Positions 37,104-46,479 are shown, numbered from the stretch's first letter. The stretch is DNA of 64,000 nucleotides from an uncultured delta proteobacterium (GCA_963705165.1 CAVPJD010000031.1:34819-98818), one strand, 5' to 3'. Notes: generated from the sequence alone by a model not told the origin. Program-made: numbers and translations.

Positions 37104-37343
37104 ATGCCGAAATTCCCTGTTGATGCCCCAAGACAGCAAGTCATCAAGGCACTTGAAAAGCTGGGCTTTACGATAGTTCGGCAAAAAGAACACATTTCGA
37201 TGATGAGGCTGAATCCGGACGGATCGAAGACGCCGCTGACCATGCCCAATCATCCGAAGATAAAAGGATCGACGCTCCGGGTCATCTGTACACAAGCCGG
37301 TATTTCGAGGGAAGATTTCCTCAGGGCCTATGAAGAGAGTTGA
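37104..37343 (+). CDS. hicA: HicA-family mRNA interferase toxin
   Basis: VIKALEKLGFTIVRQKEHISM...TMPNHPKIKGSTLRVICTQAGISREDF: YcfA/HicA pattern. Confidence 0.85.
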   Translation: MPKFPVDAPRQQVIKALEKLGFTIVRQKEHISMMRLNPDGSKTPLTMPNHPKIKGSTLRVICTQAGISREDFLRAYEES

Positions 37344-37456
37344 GATAGTGATCAGAACCAAGAGGGATGAGATTGCCGATTTCTGGAGCGGTGTGAAAAA
37401 AAAGTAGCCAAGAAAGAAAAAAAATAGTAAATTTAAGCCACCTCACAAAGATATGA

Positions 37457-37494
37457 ACCCTCTCCCTTGACGGGAGAGGGCAAGGGTGAGGGTG
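37457..37494. repeat. GER-type hairpin repeat
   Basis: accctctcccttgacgggagagggcaagggtgagggtg. Same orientation as 36797-36835. Confidence 0.8.
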
Positions 37495-37517
37495 AAAAAC
37501 CCATTTCCCTCATAACG

Positions 37518-37585
37518 ATTTCCCCAACTCCATCTCTCCCTTTCATCTTTACCTTCGGGGGTCCGCAAGGGCCCCTGGGGGAGAG
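37518..37585. repeat. Repeat family D copy 1
   Basis: The 46-nt block atttccccaactccatctctccctttcatctttaccttcgggggtc is identical to 39148-39193. A GC hairpin follows. Confidence 0.9.
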
Positions 37586-37686
37586 ACGGGAACAACCTCC
37601 AGACTTTCTCTTTCACAAAGGGGGTCCCAATCTTCCCCCCTTTCGTAAAGGGGGGTTAGGGGGGATTTAGTTCGGGGATTTTCTTT

Positions 37687-37715
37687 TGTCATTGCGAGCG
37701 AAGCACGGCAATCCC
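37687..37715. repeat. Hairpin repeat, family F
   Basis: tgtcattgcgagcgaagcacggcaatccc. Confidence 0.7.
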
Positions 37716-37855
37716 AGTTTAACTTTTTGGAGGACATCCCCCAGTCAACTAACGAACGAAATAACTAACTTTTAAAACTCTCAAGCCGTTCATTCCTTAA
37801 CCTGGTTTTCAACATCTTCTGCCTCAAAGGAACCGAACCTTGAACGACTGACACT

Positions 37856-37897
37856 AAAACCCCGCTACTCGAAATGAGAGCGGGGCTTTTAGTTATT
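37856..37897 (+). terminator. Orphan terminator-like hairpin
   Basis: aaaaCCCCGCT-actcgaaatgag-AGCGGGGcttttagttatt. No annotated gene lies upstream on this strand for about 500 nt. Confidence 0.5.
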
Positions 37898-38132
37898 ATG
37901 ATGAGGGAATTAATAAAATGCTGGAATACAAGACGCGACCCCAGATCCTGTTAATAGGCATATCCTTCTGGGCATACTTTGCATTCGCGCTGCAACTGCT
38001 CGTTTCTAAAGCTTGATGCTCTACATCTCAGTGATTAGGGAATGGCCTTGAATGGAGAAGCGTATACCCTGTGACATTCGATCGTTACAGGGATTCTATT
38101 TTCTGTGAAGATCAAATATCAAGGGGGGTCCT

Positions 38133-39026
38133 ATGTCATTATCCACTAATGCCAGACGTGAACGTATCTTGATAATATCATTTACTATTTTAACATTTTT
38201 ATTGACCTTCTTCCTTTTCCTCGATTCTGCAAACGCCCAAACAGACAAGCTCTCAGAGATCAAAGCAGTAAAATTCACTGATGGCAGTATTGTAAAAGGA
38301 ACCGTAGAAAAAATGACTACGGATTACATAACAATCAGGTTGCCTGATGGCAACGTTACGGTCCGCAAGTTCAGCGAAGTCGAAAGCCTTATAACAAAAG
38401 AGGAGGACGTTAAATATACAAAGACAACGCAGATAGCATCACTAGCCAATCGACATGGAATTGGTGCCAGAATCGGATATGCTGATTTTGCTGGAGATGA
38501 AGTTTATTTCAGAATTTTTAACCGCACCGTGAATGTTGATGTCGATAGTAGTTACACATTCGGGGTTAATTTCACTTACTTCTTAACTGAATGGTTTTCG
38601 ATTGAATTTAGTATCGACCGTCTCAATGAAGCAGATGTAGAATTAAAGTTAGCAGGAGTTGGAGCAGCAGCTGGTGAATATTCTTTCACATCCTTTTCAA
38701 TCAACCCGAGATTCCACATTCCAAATGAAACACTTTTCAGTCCCTATATTGGTTTCGGGATTGGTTATTACATGAATGATTTCAGGCAGAATGCATCTCT
38801 GTGGGGGTCTGAAAATCTGGACATCAAGGATAGCTTTAGTTTAAGCGTTAACATCGGTACCGAAATATTTCTTACGAAGGAAAAGAATATCGCTTTAAAT
38901 TTGGATCTCAAATATGTGTGGACCAAAGCAGATGTTGATTACAGCGGTCCCGTTCTCGGAACGGGAACCGAGGAGTTAAAACTCGACTCATTTATTGCAT
39001 CTTTAGGGTTGAAATACTTCTTCTAA
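38133..39026 (+). CDS. Outer-membrane beta-barrel protein
   Basis: Signal peptide ending ANAQ. Alternating beta-strand pattern. C-terminal LGLKYFF. Markedly low-GC segment. Confidence 0.75.
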   Translation: MSLSTNARRERILIISFTILTFLLTFFLFLDSANAQTDKLSEIKAVKFTDGSIVKGTVEKMTTDYITIRLPDGNVTVRKFSEVESLITKEEDVKYTKTTQIASLANRHGIGARIGYADFAGDEVYFRIFNRTVNVDVDSSYTFGVNFTYFLTEWFSIEFSIDRLNEADVELKLAGVGAAAGEYSFTSFSINPRFHIPNETLFSPYIGFGIGYYMNDFRQNASLWGSENLDIKDSFSLSVNIGTEIFLTKEKNIALNLDLKYVWTKADVDYSGPVLGTGTEELKLDSFIASLGLKYFF

Positions 39027-39082
39027 TAAGTTCTTGGCAAAATATAAATTTCTGCTAAAAAAGTAGAAGAACATGTAGGCTA

Positions 39083-39133
39083 GGTTCGAAGATATCGGGC
39101 GATTTCCTAACTACGATCCCTACTCCTCGAACC
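39083..39133. repeat. Degenerate relative of heptad element H5
   Basis: GGTTCGAAG, 33-nt spacer, CCTCGAACC then TTTT. Same outer arms as 24230/24294. Confidence 0.5.
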
Positions 39134-39147
39134 TTTTATCAGATACC

Positions 39148-39218
39148 ATTTCCCCAACTCCATCTCTCCCTTTCATCTTTACCTTCGGGGGTCTCGAAAG
39201 AGGCCCCCGGGGGAGGGA
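39148..39218. repeat. Repeat family D copy 2
   Basis: 46-nt block identical to 37518-37563, followed by hairpin gggggtctcgaaagaggcccccggggg. Confidence 0.9.
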
Positions 39219-39237
39219 AGGTCGGGGGTCTGGGTAA

Positions 39238-39273
39238 GGTCAGGGGTCTTGAATTATAAGATTTTGTTCATCG
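39238..39273. repeat. GGGGTCAGG-type element, long form
   Basis: ggtcaggggtcttgaattataagattttgttcatcg. Aligns with 41018-41053 and 43852-43887. Confidence 0.8.
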
Positions 39274-39332
39274 ATGATGACCCGTAACTGATATTTCAAG
39301 CTCCCCGCCCACAGGGCGGGACTTCCCGGCAA

Positions 39333-39400
39333 GGATGGTTCGTCGTTCGACAGGCTCACGATGACTGCTCACCATGGCGAACAGAAATGTCATCCTGAGC
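39333..39400. repeat. 68-nt repeat, family B copy 2
   Basis: 66/68 identical to 32214-32281. Confidence 0.9.
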
Positions 39401-39446
39401 GCCCGTCCTGAGTGCATCGAAGGATGTCGAAGGACCCCCAACTCAC

Positions 39447-39467
39447 ATTCCCTCAAGGGAGAGGGAG
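39447..39467. repeat. GER-type hairpin repeat (partial)
   Basis: acattccctcaagggagaggg. Confidence 0.6.
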
Positions 39468-39493
39468 ATCAGGGTAATGATTTTTCTGAGGCG

Positions 39494-39516
39494 CCCCCGG
39501 TCAAGACCTGACCCCC
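39494..39516. repeat. GGGGTCAGG-type element, short palindromic form (left end of FAD-oxidoreductase module)
   Basis: cccccGGTCAagaccTGACCccc. Its reverse complement matches the start of the long form at 41018. Confidence 0.75.
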
Positions 39517-39682
39517 TTCTTCCTCCATGATGTCAGATCTTGGCGCCTCTCATTCGTTTCACAATCGGGGCCGAAGCCGGTTTGCTGAGCGGCTTCTGGT
39601 CAGCAGCCGGAGTGCCCGGCCTCCGTGCCAAAACCTTTGCCTAACCAAGGCGTTAGCCCACCGAGCAAGACGGAAAAAACGA

Positions 39683-40993
39683 ATGAACGATTTCCCGTTC
39701 AAGACCTCATACTGGTTCGATTCACAGATCGCGACATCGCCATCGTTATCTGGAGCTGGAGCGCAATTCGCAGATGTGGCTGTTGTTGGCGGCGGGTTTG
39801 CGGGGCTTTCGGCTGTACAACATCTCAAGTCCAGCAAGCCCAACCTGAGCGTCGCGCTTGTCGAGGCGAAACACATCGGGTTTGGAGCAAGCGGCCGCAA
39901 TGCCGGCTGGGTGCTGAGTTTGCCTCCGGTCCATTGGCTGCTTGATGATTTCGATGATCCCCAGCGCCTGAGTGACATCCGTTGGACTTCTCAATTCTGC
40001 AGAGACAACATCGTTCAACTGGGCAGATTGGTCGCGAACGAAGCGATAGATTGTGCGTGGACTCCATCACGACATCTACTTGCCGCTCGGAACCCCCTGG
40101 AACTGGCCGCCCTTCGTTGGATCATGCAGCGCTACGAGGCGATTGGCCAGCACTGCGAGTTCTTCGAGAAGGAAAAGATGACCCAGCTTGTAGGTTACCC
40201 CGCAATCGCCGGTATGGCCTATGAGTTTGTGAGCATTCAGCCCTACCGGCTTGCACGAGGGTTGCGACAGCGCTGCCTTGACCAGGATGTACGGATCTAC
40301 GAGAACACACCCATCAAGACTATTCGTTCCACAAGCCAGGGCGTGCAACTGATCGCTGCCGATGGCGCCACGCTGACTGCCCAGAAGGTGATCCTGGCGA
40401 CAAATGCCTACACAAACTCTCTGATGCTTGACGTAGAAATTCCAGCGACCTCAACCCAGCATACCTATATGCTGGCAACCGAACCGCTGAAACCCGACAT
40501 GCTTGATCGTATCTCGCAAACTCGCACGCCATTCGGCGACCCAGCCCTATCGTTCTACATCGGCCGCATCTATGAGAATCGGCTGATATTCAACGGCATA
40601 GATCGAGCATCCCGGGTCACGCCAGAGGACGATCGCCATTTACCGTCCTTTATCAAGCTGCACAAGGAAATGCTGCGGCGGTTTCCGTTCCTCGAATCCG
40701 TCTCCTTGGCGGGGGCATGGGGTGGGGCGGTGCAGCAGACCACTTCGGACGCTCCAATCGTACAACGCTCGAAAAGCAACCCGAATGTCATTCTGAATAT
40801 CGGATATGGTGGTGGGAGCGGTTTGGGCATGGCGCTCCTTTCCGGTCAATTGACAACAGGTCTGGTTTTGGAAAGGGGACCGATAGACAACGATGCCCAA
40901 AGGCTGCGCACTTTGCTCGCCAACAGTCGTTTCCCCAAGATGGGGCCTGTACGCGCCGCGTTTGGGGTGCTCAGGAATATGGTTTTCGGCTAG
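39683..40993 (+). CDS. FAD-dependent oxidoreductase (DAO family)
   Basis: Dinucleotide-binding VAVVGGGFAGLSAV. 436 aa from ATG 39683; the track ORF starts at 39527 inside repeat sequence. Confidence 0.8.
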   Translation: MNDFPFKTSYWFDSQIATSPSLSGAGAQFADVAVVGGGFAGLSAVQHLKSSKPNLSVALVEAKHIGFGASGRNAGWVLSLPPVHWLLDDFDDPQRLSDIRWTSQFCRDNIVQLGRLVANEAIDCAWTPSRHLLAARNPLELAALRWIMQRYEAIGQHCEFFEKEKMTQLVGYPAIAGMAYEFVSIQPYRLARGLRQRCLDQDVRIYENTPIKTIRSTSQGVQLIAADGATLTAQKVILATNAYTNSLMLDVEIPATSTQHTYMLATEPLKPDMLDRISQTRTPFGDPALSFYIGRIYENRLIFNGIDRASRVTPEDDRHLPSFIKLHKEMLRRFPFLESVSLAGAWGGAVQQTTSDAPIVQRSKSNPNVILNIGYGGGSGLGMALLSGQLTTGLVLERGPIDNDAQRLRTLLANSRFPKMGPVRAAFGVLRNMVFG

Positions 40994-41017
40994 CTTCTTG
41001 GGCTGGGGGGGGATGAT

Positions 41018-41053
41018 GGGGTCAGGCCTTGAACTATAAGAGCATGATTATCG
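41018..41053. repeat. GGGGTCAGG-type element, long form (right end of FAD-oxidoreductase module)
   Basis: ggggtcaggccttgaactataagagcatgattatcg. Confidence 0.8.
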
Positions 41054-41095
41054 TTTGTTATCGCAAGAAGCTCCCACATAGAGAGGTGATGGAAA

Positions 41096-41443
41096 ATGAT
41101 CAGACGAAGCAATGAGATGCGAGAAGAACGCATGCATGGACTCAAGGGAGGAAAGGGAACCATAAAGCTGTTTCATTTGCTTGAGAAAGAGGAATTGTCG
41201 GGTAAGGGACGGCTCTGTGCAAGAGAGGTAATAGAACCGGGAAATTCTATTGGTTATCACCAACACGAGGGAGACTTTGAGTTATATTATGTGCTGGAAG
41301 GAGAAGGCATTGTAAATGACAATGGAGTTGAAACGACGGTAAGGAAAGGGGACGTGGTTTGCACGGGCCACGGCGAGTTTCATTCTATTCAAAATGTCGG
41401 GGACAAGAACCTCGAGATTATTGCAATAATATTATTTCAATAA
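41096..41443 (+). CDS. Cupin-domain protein
   Basis: GYHQHEGDFELYYVLEGEG...GDVVCTGHGEFHSIQN: two cupin motifs. Confidence 0.85.
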   Translation: MIRRSNEMREERMHGLKGGKGTIKLFHLLEKEELSGKGRLCAREVIEPGNSIGYHQHEGDFELYYVLEGEGIVNDNGVETTVRKGDVVCTGHGEFHSIQNVGDKNLEIIAIILFQ

Positions 41444-41594
41444 TCTTTAATGAAGTGGAATCCGCTAATCCCGCCATCTTGGGGTATGAGATGGGGGGTC
41501 AGACGCATTAGGAACGCATTAGGGGACGCCCATCAGGTTTGCTTCTTGCGAAGTTTGCGAAAGATTGGATCTGTTTTCTTCTGTTGAATAAATA

Positions 41595-41624
41595 AAGGCA
41601 GGGCCATTTCTGTCCCTGCCTTTA
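41595..41624 (-). terminator. Terminator hairpin
   Basis: AAAGGCAGGG-ccatttctgt-CCCTGCCTTT. 28/30 identical to 19629-19657. Confidence 0.6.
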
Positions 41625-41679
41625 TTTCCCTTACGACCCAATTGTCGGGATAGCGTGCTCAAGTTGAGCCGCTGCAGTT

Positions 41680-42105
41680 TTAATCATGGCCCTTGCCATG
41701 CCCATGATTGTCTTTGTCCTTTTTTCCTTCGTGTTTCCCGTTATGTTTTTCGCCGTGCCCCTTCCCATGACGCTCCTGATACTGGGGCACGTAGACTTCA
41801 TTGTACCATCTATCGCGCACGAAATAGACGGGGCGGCCACAGGCATTATACTTGGCGCAGTGCTTGCTCCAGTGTTTCTCATGACCGGGCGGTATGTGCA
41901 GGTAGACCGGTTGATAGACAACCCCGGCAGGAGCTGCATGAATCACGACGGGTTTTGCGTAGATGACTTCCGGTTGAGGATAATTTCCGATGTCAATGCG
42001 GCCATAAAAGCCGGGCTGGCCGACACTGACTGACACCCCGACATCGGCGGCATAAGCTGAAGTGACAGCAAGCATCATCATGATGATGAAAAGAAAATGT
42101 TTCAT
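41680..42105 (-). CDS. Secreted hypothetical protein with His/Lys/Gly-rich C-terminal tail
   Basis: Signal peptide MKHFLFIIMMMLAVTSAYA. The tail GKGHGEKHNGKHEGKKDKDNHGHGKGHD suggests metal binding. AGAGGA RBS. Confidence 0.65.
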   Translation of the reverse strand: MKHFLFIIMMMLAVTSAYAADVGVSVSVGQPGFYGRIDIGNYPQPEVIYAKPVVIHAAPAGVVYQPVYLHIPPGHEKHWSKHCAKYNACGRPVYFVRDRWYNEVYVPQYQERHGKGHGEKHNGKHEGKKDKDNHGHGKGHD

Positions 42106-42556
42106 GGCAGGTTCCTCTGATTTTTGGTGTTTAGTGGCCAGGGTTATGTCAGGGCTACTGACAGTAAATCTTCTACCATAGTAAACGAACAGGGTAAATA
42201 TTGGTTTACAAGATATTGATCGGTATTTTCACCTGAACACTTTAAATACGTTTCCCGGACTGATTGAGTTCCAGAGAAGATAGAAGGGCAGGTATTTTTT
42301 GGCGGGGACTGCGTATTAGGGGACCCCCCTCAGAGTTGCAGCTTTTATTCAAAGGTGGAATCAGGTGCCCCCCCATGCTCGCATTCGTACTATAACGACC
42401 AGTCAGCATATCTTCTCCTTGCCGCATGCAAACCAAACAGGACTTGATATTTCAACTATTTGCAGATATCTTCATCAGCGGTTACATATTGTATTCGCAG
42501 TAGGTTAACAATTTAACCAACCAACCCCTGCCGGGTGTTGCCATGACGAAATGATC

Positions 42557-42595
42557 AAAACCCCGCTTTCGGAAGAGGCGGGGTTTATTTTTATT
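42557..42595 (+). terminator. Orphan terminator-like hairpin upstream of the next gene
   Basis: AAACCCCGC-tttcggaagag-GCGGGGTTT then atttttattt. No + strand gene lies upstream. Confidence 0.5.
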
Positions 42596-42596
42596 T

Positions 42597-42620
42597 GGGG
42601 GTCAAGATCTACCCGTACCC
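42597..42620. repeat. GGGGTCAGG-type element, short form (left end of module)
   Basis: ggGGTCAAGATCTACCCgtacccc. Compare GGTCAAGACCTGACCCC at 39499. Confidence 0.6.
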
Positions 42621-42677
42621 CATAACGCTACCTGGCAATATTTCCTTATGATCAACCCGGATGAGAGGGGAATTATC

Positions 42678-43826
42678 ATGAGACGGGTAATGATGCTTTC
42701 CGTTGTCGTCGCAAGCGTTTTTATTTTTTTGGCGATTGTGGATACGGCCGTAGCATGGAATATTCAGCCTGTTTCCTCGATAACGGATAAGAAGATCGGG
42801 AAATTCGATCCGTGGTTCAAGAAATTGAAAAAGGGCGCTACGGCTGAAATTGCGGAACACTATACAAAGCCCCAACATGAGGACATCGCCCACCGGATCT
42901 TCGGGTGTGATGCAGAGGATTGCCGCTTTCCCCAGACTGGGCAGAAATTCGCGCCTCCAGCCGTGCTCGCCGGCGTCCGCTGGAATGACACCCCGCCATT
43001 TACCTTGCTCAAGACCAGAACGGCACTCTGTCCTGCAGATAAGGTCATCACGATTATCAACGACCCTGAGTGCTGGGGGATTTTGTTCAAGGACGCAAAG
43101 AAGCAGGCTGAAACGGGGAGAACGTATGGCAATGCCCCTTTGACCCTGGTGCTCTACCGTTCTCATTTCGGCGACATGCAGTTCCTTCACTCCATGGCGT
43201 CCAGCGAGCAGGAACGCGCTGGCGAGACCAAGCAGAAGATCATGGCCTGGGCCGAGTTCATGTACAGGATCGCCCTGGGCGAAATCACCCGCGGCACCAG
43301 CATCAAGAAAACAGGTATCCGGGACATCGATAGTCTGTTCACATACCGGTACGACACCATTCAGACGCTATTCGTGAGCGATGCCCCCAGAGAGTACAAG
43401 GCTGACGAGAATCTTCACCTTTTCGCCATGGGTGTGCTGATCCACATGGTTTCCGACAGTTTCTCGGACTCTCACGTGGAAAGGGGCGAGCAACGCGGGC
43501 AGGAATGCAAGAATGTCAGCGGCAAGCGTCATCCCGGATGGATTCGAGGTTTTCATGTTTACAATCTGCAGGACAGCTCAGCCCACAGCGATGCCGAATC
43601 CGACTACGCATTGGCCTACCAGTTCTATTATCCTGAGACAAATCTAGTTGACGTGGGCCAAACGATCATGGAGTATTACTCCAGGAAAGCCCCCTGGGAG
43701 GAGTTGAAAGGTTATTTGGACTGCGTGTATGACCTTGCAGACCCGAATGCACCGGCCGGCCCCGGCAGTCATTATCAAAAAATAGACAAGAAAATCATCG
43801 ATTCGAATATAATCCCATCATCATGA
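42678..43826 (+). CDS. Secreted hypothetical protein with conserved His/Asp motifs (possible metal-dependent hydrolase)
   Basis: Signal peptide MRRVMMLSVVVASVFIFLAIVDTAVA. Motifs HEDIAHRIFG, HFGDMQFLHSM, IHMVSDSFSDSHVE. Function is a guess. Confidence 0.6.
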   Translation: MRRVMMLSVVVASVFIFLAIVDTAVAWNIQPVSSITDKKIGKFDPWFKKLKKGATAEIAEHYTKPQHEDIAHRIFGCDAEDCRFPQTGQKFAPPAVLAGVRWNDTPPFTLLKTRTALCPADKVITIINDPECWGILFKDAKKQAETGRTYGNAPLTLVLYRSHFGDMQFLHSMASSEQERAGETKQKIMAWAEFMYRIALGEITRGTSIKKTGIRDIDSLFTYRYDTIQTLFVSDAPREYKADENLHLFAMGVLIHMVSDSFSDSHVERGEQRGQECKNVSGKRHPGWIRGFHVYNLQDSSAHSDAESDYALAYQFYYPETNLVDVGQTIMEYYSRKAPWEELKGYLDCVYDLADPNAPAGPGSHYQKIDKKIIDSNIIPSS

Positions 43827-43848
43827 TCCACCGGCTTCAGTGAGGGAG

Positions 43849-43914
43849 ATAGGGGGTCAGGTCTTGAAGTATAAGATTATGATTATCTATTACGACGCAT
43901 ATGACCCCCTATTT
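43849..43914. repeat. GGGGTCAGG-type element, long form closed by an 11-bp stem (right end of module)
   Basis: ATAGGGGGTCAggtcttgaagtataagattatgattatc...TGACCCCCTAT. Confidence 0.8.
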
Positions 43915-43972
43915 TGCGTGGCGGCACGGCCGAAAAAGAGCACACAAGGAAGACGTATGCTGAGAGGTTAAG

Positions 43973-44329
43973 ATGAGAAAACGGACAAAATTCATATTTG
44001 CGCTGCTGGGTTTTGTCGTATTGGCCGGGTGCTACGCATACCCTTATCCTGCGCCCGGACCGGTGTACTACTACGGGGCGAGCACCTACGACCGTTCCTG
44101 GAACGCTGCATTGGCTGCGATGCAAGATGTAGGTGTCAGCATGGTATCGTCTGACAGAAACAGCGGGGTCATCACGGGGATCAAGGACGGTGTTGACACC
44201 TCGATCACGATCAGCACGCAGGCAGACGGCCAAGTGAGAGTGGTGTTCAACTCGAGGGGCCCTTCGGGGCAGGACCCCGCTCTGTCCAACCGGATCTACC
44301 AGGCCTATGAACGGAGAATGGGGCGATAA
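43973..44329 (+). CDS. Hypothetical lipoprotein
   Basis: Lipobox VLAGCYA. GAGAGG RBS. 118 aa. Confidence 0.65.
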   Translation: MRKRTKFIFALLGFVVLAGCYAYPYPAPGPVYYYGASTYDRSWNAALAAMQDVGVSMVSSDRNSGVITGIKDGVDTSITISTQADGQVRVVFNSRGPSGQDPALSNRIYQAYERRMGR

Positions 44330-44358
44330 ATACAGAGTGAAGACATGAAAGGTGAAAT

Positions 44359-45471
44359 ATGGCGGCTCTATTCCGGGCCCTGATTTTTGCTGTTCCTGCC
44401 GTTGTTCTCCTGCTCGCAACGGCCCTCTGGTTCCTCTACGGAGGCGGCAGCTATTACCCTGACCTTTCGACTCCCCCCTTGCTGAGTGATGACAAGCTCG
44501 AGGTGGCCCTCCAGTCCGACGAACCCATCGGGAATGTTGCCGTCAGCCGGGACGGCCGTATCTTTTTCACAATCCATCCCGAATCCCGGCCGGATCAGAA
44601 CAAGCTGATGGAATGGCGCGGCACCGCCGCCGTCCCCTACCCCAGCGCAGAAATGCAGAAGTCCCATTTTCAGGCCGTCCTGGGTCTTGTCGTCGATCAG
44701 CATAACCGCCTGTGGACGATTGACCACGGCCTCCACGGGCTGCGGACCGCCAGGCTGTCGGCCTTCGACCTGGGAACCAACAAGCTGGTTCACGACTACA
44801 TCTTCCCTTCCGAGATTGCGCAGTCCGGTTCGTTTCTTCAGGACCTCCAGGTCGACTCGAAAGGAGAGACCGTCTACATCGCCGATGTGAGCTTCTTTCG
44901 CAAGAACCCGGCCATCGTTGTGTACGAGGTAGAGAAGAAAACCGCCCGCCGCGTGCTCGAATCCGATCCTTCCGTCTATCCCCAGGACTGGATCATCCGG
45001 AACCCGATCCAGGAAATGATCTTTTTCGACGGGCTGGTTGTTCTGAAGCCCGGGGTCGACGGGATCGCGCTGGACAGGCAGGACGAATGGCTCTATTACG
45101 CCGCCATGGCGCACGAGGGGCTTTACCGGGTGAGGACGGCGGATCTGAAAAACCGGCAGCTGAGCGCGACGGACCTGTCCGCGCGGGTCGAGCTTTTCAG
45201 CAACAAGCCCATGAGCGACGGGCTCCTGGCCGACAGGGCCGGAAACATCTACATCACGGACGTCGAGCACGGCTCCGTCATGCGTGTCGGTCCGGATAAA
45301 AAACTGCAGACGGTCATCCGCTCGAGTCGAATTCGCTGGGCCGACGGTCTGAGCCTTGGGCCGGACGGGTATATCTACCTTGCCGACAGCGCCATTCCGC
45401 ACTTGATGCTGCAGACCAAGAGCCACATGCGTTCGCAGGCGCCCTACACCATCTTTCGCTTCAAGCCCTAG
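44359..45471 (+). CDS. MRJP/yellow-like (or SMP-30-like) beta-propeller protein
   Basis: N-terminal membrane anchor. NRLWTIDHG, LQDLQVDSKGETVYIADVS, DGIALDRQDEWLYYAAMAHEGLYRVRTADL resemble the major royal jelly / yellow family. Confidence 0.65.
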   Translation: MAALFRALIFAVPAVVLLLATALWFLYGGGSYYPDLSTPPLLSDDKLEVALQSDEPIGNVAVSRDGRIFFTIHPESRPDQNKLMEWRGTAAVPYPSAEMQKSHFQAVLGLVVDQHNRLWTIDHGLHGLRTARLSAFDLGTNKLVHDYIFPSEIAQSGSFLQDLQVDSKGETVYIADVSFFRKNPAIVVYEVEKKTARRVLESDPSVYPQDWIIRNPIQEMIFFDGLVVLKPGVDGIALDRQDEWLYYAAMAHEGLYRVRTADLKNRQLSATDLSARVELFSNKPMSDGLLADRAGNIYITDVEHGSVMRVGPDKKLQTVIRSSRIRWADGLSLGPDGYIYLADSAIPHLMLQTKSHMRSQAPYTIFRFKP

Positions 45472-45539
45472 GTCCCCGAGAGGAGCCAAGGAGAAGAGGA
45501 GTCAATCAGCAGAAGATATTTCAGGAGGGTGCGTCGTCG

Positions 45540-46364
45540 ATGCTACCCGGTCAGATTATTGATTTCCATGTGCATCTGTTTCCCGATCGGTTTTTCGACG
45601 CGATCTGGCGTTATTTTGAAGAGCACCTGGGTTTGAAGGTCCTGTACAAGCTCTACTATCGAGAAACCGTCGCTTACTTGCGAGAGCGGGGTGTCGGGCC
45701 AATCGTCTATTCCAACTATGCTCACAGAAAAGGAGTTGCGAGAGTTCTGAACGACTGGAACGTCCGGATCCTTGACGAGATTCCGGATCTGTACTGTTTT
45801 GCTGCCTATCATCCGGACGATGATGATGCGCTCGTCATGGCAGAGAGGATTCTTGATCATCCGAAAATTCTGGGGTTCAAACTGCAATGTGTTGTGCAGC
45901 AGCTGTCCCCCTGTGACAGTCGACTTTTTCCGCTCTACGAGATGATTATGGAAAGGAAAAAGAGGGTCCTCCTGCATGTCGGTACGGGGCCCGTTCGAGG
46001 AAGTCCATTTGTCGGCGTTACACACTTCAAAAAGATCCTTGATCGCTTTCCGGACCTTCCCGCCAACATCCCGCACATGGGGGGCCTGGAATTTGAAGCT
46101 TTTCTTGAGCTGCTGGATCGTCATCCGGGACTTTACCTGGACACGTCCTATTCTTTTGTGCCGCATGTGCCCTATAAATTTAATCTCGGTAACGATTGGC
46201 TCGAGCGATACAAAGACAGAATCCTCTACGGCTCGGATTTTCCCAACCTGATTCACCCCAGAGAGCAGGAAATAGAGTATCTTCTCAATCTGGATCTCTC
46301 TGACGATTTCTACAGGAAAGTATTTTGGGACAATGGCTGCAAGCTGATCCGAGCGAGTTATTAA
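45540..46364 (+). CDS. Amidohydrolase-2 family metal-dependent hydrolase
   Basis: IDFHVHLFP N-terminal HxH motif. TIM-barrel hydrolase length (274 aa). Confidence 0.78.
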   Translation: MLPGQIIDFHVHLFPDRFFDAIWRYFEEHLGLKVLYKLYYRETVAYLRERGVGPIVYSNYAHRKGVARVLNDWNVRILDEIPDLYCFAAYHPDDDDALVMAERILDHPKILGFKLQCVVQQLSPCDSRLFPLYEMIMERKKRVLLHVGTGPVRGSPFVGVTHFKKILDRFPDLPANIPHMGGLEFEAFLELLDRHPGLYLDTSYSFVPHVPYKFNLGNDWLERYKDRILYGSDFPNLIHPREQEIEYLLNLDLSDDFYRKVFWDNGCKLIRASY

Positions 46365-46411
46365 TGAGAGCATAAAACAGGTGGCACAAACATCTTCCGG
46401 AAAAGAAGCCC

Positions 46412-46479
46412 CTGTCATTCCGGGCTTGACCCGGAATCCAGCATTCAAATGGATCCCCGCTTTCGCGAGGATGACATCG
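46412..46479. repeat. MITE-like double-hairpin repeat, family A
   Basis: ctgtcattccgggcttgacccggaatccagcattcaaatggatccccgctttcgcgaggatgacatcg. Confidence 0.75.
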
